Shown piece by piece: positions 28,823 through 32,000 of a DNA stretch of 32,000 bases. This DNA is from Methanopyrus kandleri AV19 (GTDB lineage Archaea; JAADCQ01; Methanopyri; Methanopyrales; Methanopyraceae). Position 1 is the first letter of the stretch. The number at the start of each line of letters is the position of its first letter. Where the stretch lies: contig NC_003551.1 in NCBI RefSeq assembly GCF_000007185.1, positions 90,001-122,000 of the forward strand, in the 5' to 3' direction. The notes below the pieces were generated by a model. That model saw only the letters and a list, made by a program, of their open reading frames with translations, was not told where the DNA came from and made no database searches. A program made the position numbers and the translations under genes.

Positions 28823-30259
28823 GTGTTGGGTGGTGGGTCAGTAGGTCACGTGGTAGCGGACGCACTGAGGGATCGTGGTGAAGAGGTGGTAATCGTCGAC
28901 TGCAACGAGGACCGTGCGGAGGTCCTGAGGGAGCAAGGCTTCGACGTGATTATCGGGGACATTACGGAGAAGGAAGTGTTACTTAAGGCGGGTATAGAAA
29001 GGGCCGTCATGGTGTACGTCCTCACCCCCGACGACGACGCGAACGCGGAAGCTATCAGACTGATTCGCGAGATCAACGAGGACACGTACGTCATCGCGCG
29101 GGTCACGGACGAGGAACGCGTTGAGGAGTTCAAGGAGCTCGGAGCGGACGAGGTTCTCTCCCCGAATCAGCTGCTGGTCGAGAAGTTGCTTCACAACATC
29201 GACAACGTGAGGAACCGCCGAAAAGTGCACGAGCTGTTAACGAAGCTCGAAGACGTGGAGACCCTGGCTATAATCCCGCACAACAACCCGGATCCCGACT
29301 CTATCGCCAGCGCTGTAGCCCTCCAGGAGATAGCCAGTATCGTCGACGTTCAATCCGACGTGGTGTATGGAGGCGAGATCGGCCATCAGGAGAACAAAGC
29401 CCTCGTGAACCTCCTCGATATCGAGATGAAGCGGATATCACGTGTCGACCTCGATGAGTACGATGCCATCGCCGTAGTGGACACCCCGGTCCTACCGCGG
29501 GAGCTGGCGGAGTACGACGGTATCGAGGATAGGATCCTGGTGGCGGTCGACCATCACGATTCGTCGGACGGCATGATGGACATGAACGGCACCTCTAAGA
29601 GCGCTCTAGAGCTCGCGGACTTCGTGGATCATAGACCTGAGGTCGGTGCGGCTTCTACGATACTCACCCAATACCTCAAGATCCTCGATAGGAACGTCGA
29701 CCGAAGGATAGCGACGGCGCTACTGTACGGTATCAGAACCGACACGCTGAACTTCACGAGGAACGTGTCACCGGAGGACCTCAAGGCGGCCGCGTATCTC
29801 TACCCGCGGGCCGATCACGAGGCGCTGGCTAAGATCGAGTCTCCGGACATCTCTCCCGAGACCCTCGACGTGCTCGGAGAGGCCATCCGCAACAGGACGG
29901 TTATCCGGAGCTACTTGTTCTCGAACGTGGGGTTCGTCAAGAACGAGGACGCCTTACCTCAAGCCGCCGACTACCTGCTCAACCTCGAAGGCGTTCACAC
30001 GGTCATAGTGTTCGGTGTGGTCAACGGCAAGGTGAAGATCTCCGCGCGAACGGACGATATCCGCCTGAACATAGGCGAGATAATGAAAGAAGCGTTCGGT
30101 GACGTGGGTTCCGCGGGAGGTCACTCGAAGGCCGCCGCGGCCGAGATCCCGTTAGGTATCTTCCAGGACGTCGAGAGCGACATGGTGCTCGACCTCGTCG
30201 AGCAGGCGGTACGTAAGCGGATCTTCAAGGTGATAGGTATCGAAGAGGAGGAGGACTGA
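28823..30259 (+). CDS. TrkA-N (RCK) domain fused to DHH/DHHA1 phosphoesterase
   Basis: N-terminal GGGSVGHVVADAL...VVIVD...DVIIGD is a Rossmann/RCK_N pattern. DHH motifs are HNNPDPDSIASAVAL, VVDT and AVDHHD. The DHHA1 motif is GSAGGHSKAAAAE. Confidence 0.75.
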   Translation: MLGGGSVGHVVADALRDRGEEVVIVDCNEDRAEVLREQGFDVIIGDITEKEVLLKAGIERAVMVYVLTPDDDANAEAIRLIREINEDTYVIARVTDEERVEEFKELGADEVLSPNQLLVEKLLHNIDNVRNRRKVHELLTKLEDVETLAIIPHNNPDPDSIASAVALQEIASIVDVQSDVVYGGEIGHQENKALVNLLDIEMKRISRVDLDEYDAIAVVDTPVLPRELAEYDGIEDRILVAVDHHDSSDGMMDMNGTSKSALELADFVDHRPEVGAASTILTQYLKILDRNVDRRIATALLYGIRTDTLNFTRNVSPEDLKAAAYLYPRADHEALAKIESPDISPETLDVLGEAIRNRTVIRSYLFSNVGFVKNEDALPQAADYLLNLEGVHTVIVFGVVNGKVKISARTDDIRLNIGEIMKEAFGDVGSAGGHSKAAAAEIPLGIFQDVESDMVLDLVEQAVRKRIFKVIGIEEEED

Positions 30260-30261
30260 AC

Positions 30262-32000
30262 TCACTCCACGGTTACGCTCTTGGCCAGGTTCCGTGGATA
30301 GTCCGGATCGATGCCTCTGGCCACGCTCATGTAGTACGCCAGCAACTGAAGCGGTACCGTGTAAACGATCGGGGAGAACACCTCGCTGATACTCGGCACT
30401 CGGATGACGTGATCGGAGTGCTCCTCCACGGCCTCGTCCTTCTCATCGGCCACGGTGATCACAGTGGCACCCCGAGCTTTCACCTCCTCGATGTTCGCGA
30501 GCATCTTCTCGTAGACGCCGCCTGGCTGAGCTACGGCGACCACCGGCACGCCTTCCTCGATCAACGCCAGCGGACCGTGCTTGAGCTCACCCGCCGGGTA
30601 CGCCTCCGCGTGCTGGTAGGTGATCTCCTTGAGCTTCAGTGCGCCCTCCATGGCGGTCGGGTATCCCGGACCACGGCCGATGAAGAACCAGTTGGGACGT
30701 TCCTTGTATCGACCACCCATCACCGCTATCTCACGCTCCCGCTCCCAGCTGAGTACCTCCTCCAACATCTCCGGAACCTTGTTCAGCTCCGCGTGGTACT
30801 CCTCCGCCTCCTTGTTCGTGATCTCCCCGAAGTGGCGGGCTAGCTCCACGGCCAGTGTGTACATCGCCGCGAGCTGCGCCGTGTAGGTCTTCGTGGCGGC
30901 GACGGCTTTCTCGAAGCCGGCGTGGGTGTACATGACGTGATCGACCTCGCGGGTGATCGTGCTCCCGACGACGTTGGTCAGCGCGATCGTCGTAGCTCCC
31001 CGAGCGTTCGCTTCTCGTACAGCCGCCAGCGTATCGGCGGTCTCACCCGACTGGGAGATGGCTAGAACGAGGGTATTCTCGTCGACGAGTTCCTTTGTCA
31101 CGTACCGGAACTCGGAGGCTATCACCACGTCCACGGGGAACTTCGCGAGCAACTCGGTGGCATACTTCGCGCCGAGTCCAGCGTGATACGAGGTACCGCA
31201 CGCGACGATGTACAACTTGGTGTAATCGCCGCCGACGAGCTCTTCCGCCATCTCCATGAGGTTCTCCCGTTCGATCCGTAGCGTGTTCCTGACGGCTTCG
31301 GGTTGCTCGTGGATCTCCTTGAGCATGAAGTGTGGATAACCGCGGCGTTCCAGCGTGTGCGGATCCTCTTCAACTATCTGCACTTCCTTCTCTTCCGTGA
31401 CATCCTCAAGGGTCTCCGCGTCCAGTATTCTGACCTCATCACGCTTCACCACGACGATCTCGCCGTCGTCGATAGGGATCACGCGGTTCGTCTCGGGTAG
31501 TATCGCCGGTATATCGGACGCCAAGAAGTTACCGTCGTCTCCCAACCCTACTACCAACGGGCTCTCCTTTCTAGCGGCCAGGATTACGTCGGGCTCGCGG
31601 GTACAAATGGCGGCGATGGCGTACGACCCCTCCAGCCGGCGCACGGCTTCGACGAACGCCTCGAAGAACGACTTCCCTTCCTTCATCCCCTGCTCGATGA
31701 GATGAGGTACGACCTCGGTGTCCGTCTCGGAGTCGAACCGGTGTCCCTTATCCTCCAGCTCCTCCCTAAGTTGCATGAAGTTCTCGATGATTCCGTTGTG
31801 TACGACCGCGATCTCGTCACGGCAGTCCGTGTGCGGATGCGCGTTACGGCGGTTAGGGTCTCCATGAGTCGCCCATCGGGTGTGTCCGATTCCAATCTTA
31901 CCGGGAAGCTTTCTGAGGCTACGCTGCAGCTTCGTCGGCTCGCCGCCTTCGGTAAGCTTCCCGGCATCCTTCTCGAGGTACAATCGACCCTCGTGGATCG
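30262..32000 (-). CDS. glmS: Glutamine--fructose-6-phosphate aminotransferase (isomerising); 5' end beyond the window
   Basis: [10 protein letters not shown], two SIS domains ([10 protein letters not shown]) and the C-terminal [11 protein letters not shown]. The frame stays open to position 32000, and the N-terminal MCGI lies outside the window. Confidence 0.95.

Noticed and set aside
1-32000. Search for CRISPR arrays, IS elements/transposases, prophage genes, rRNA, C/D-box sRNAs and toxin-antitoxin pairs
   Set aside because: There are no regularly spaced repeats. No transposase or cas-like motifs appear in any frame. No RTGATGA/CTGA box pairs occur in the few intergenic spacers. The only recombinase-like sequence is the truncated gene at 14669-15400, which has no flanking repeats.

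Overview
The window is a gene-dense archaeal chromosomal segment of roughly 60% GC, with about 32 CDS and one tRNA. There is almost no intergenic space, and many start/stop overlaps indicate operons.

The gene content points to a hyperthermophilic methanogen:
- formylmethanofuran:H4MPT formyltransferase (Ftr)
- YcaO (methanogenesis marker 1)
- the H4MPT-linked hydantoinase-like/ATP-grasp gene pair
- H4MPT-type serine hydroxymethyltransferase
- Hel308, Hjc and ribosomal protein eS26

The proteins are very acidic, the initiator tRNA has a genomically encoded C at position 8, and the Ftr N-terminus matches what I remember of Methanopyrus kandleri. That species call is from memory and no search was run.

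I see no CRISPR array, IS/transposase, rRNA or prophage. Most of the window is core metabolism.

The parts that annotation does not explain are:
1. A translationally coupled gene pair upstream of thiC. Its second member combines an unknown N-terminal domain, a minimal nucleotide-cyclase/GGDD palm-like core and C-terminal TM helices.
2. A compact ATP-dependent ligase-like nucleotidyltransferase with no OB domain, downstream of thiC.
3. A 952-aa orphan secreted protein carrying an internal ~1.1 kb AT-rich block.
4. A secreted, membrane-anchored class I glutamine-amidotransferase-fold protein with an intact Cys-His-Glu triad.
5. A truncated tyrosine-recombinase-like gene with a substituted catalytic Arg, start-coupled to lysC.
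6. A 7-gene same-strand array linking glyA, serB, aroE and ftr with a chorismate-lyase-like gene.
7. A TrkA-N/DHH-DHHA1 fusion.

All functional calls rest on by-eye motif recognition and need profile or structure searches.
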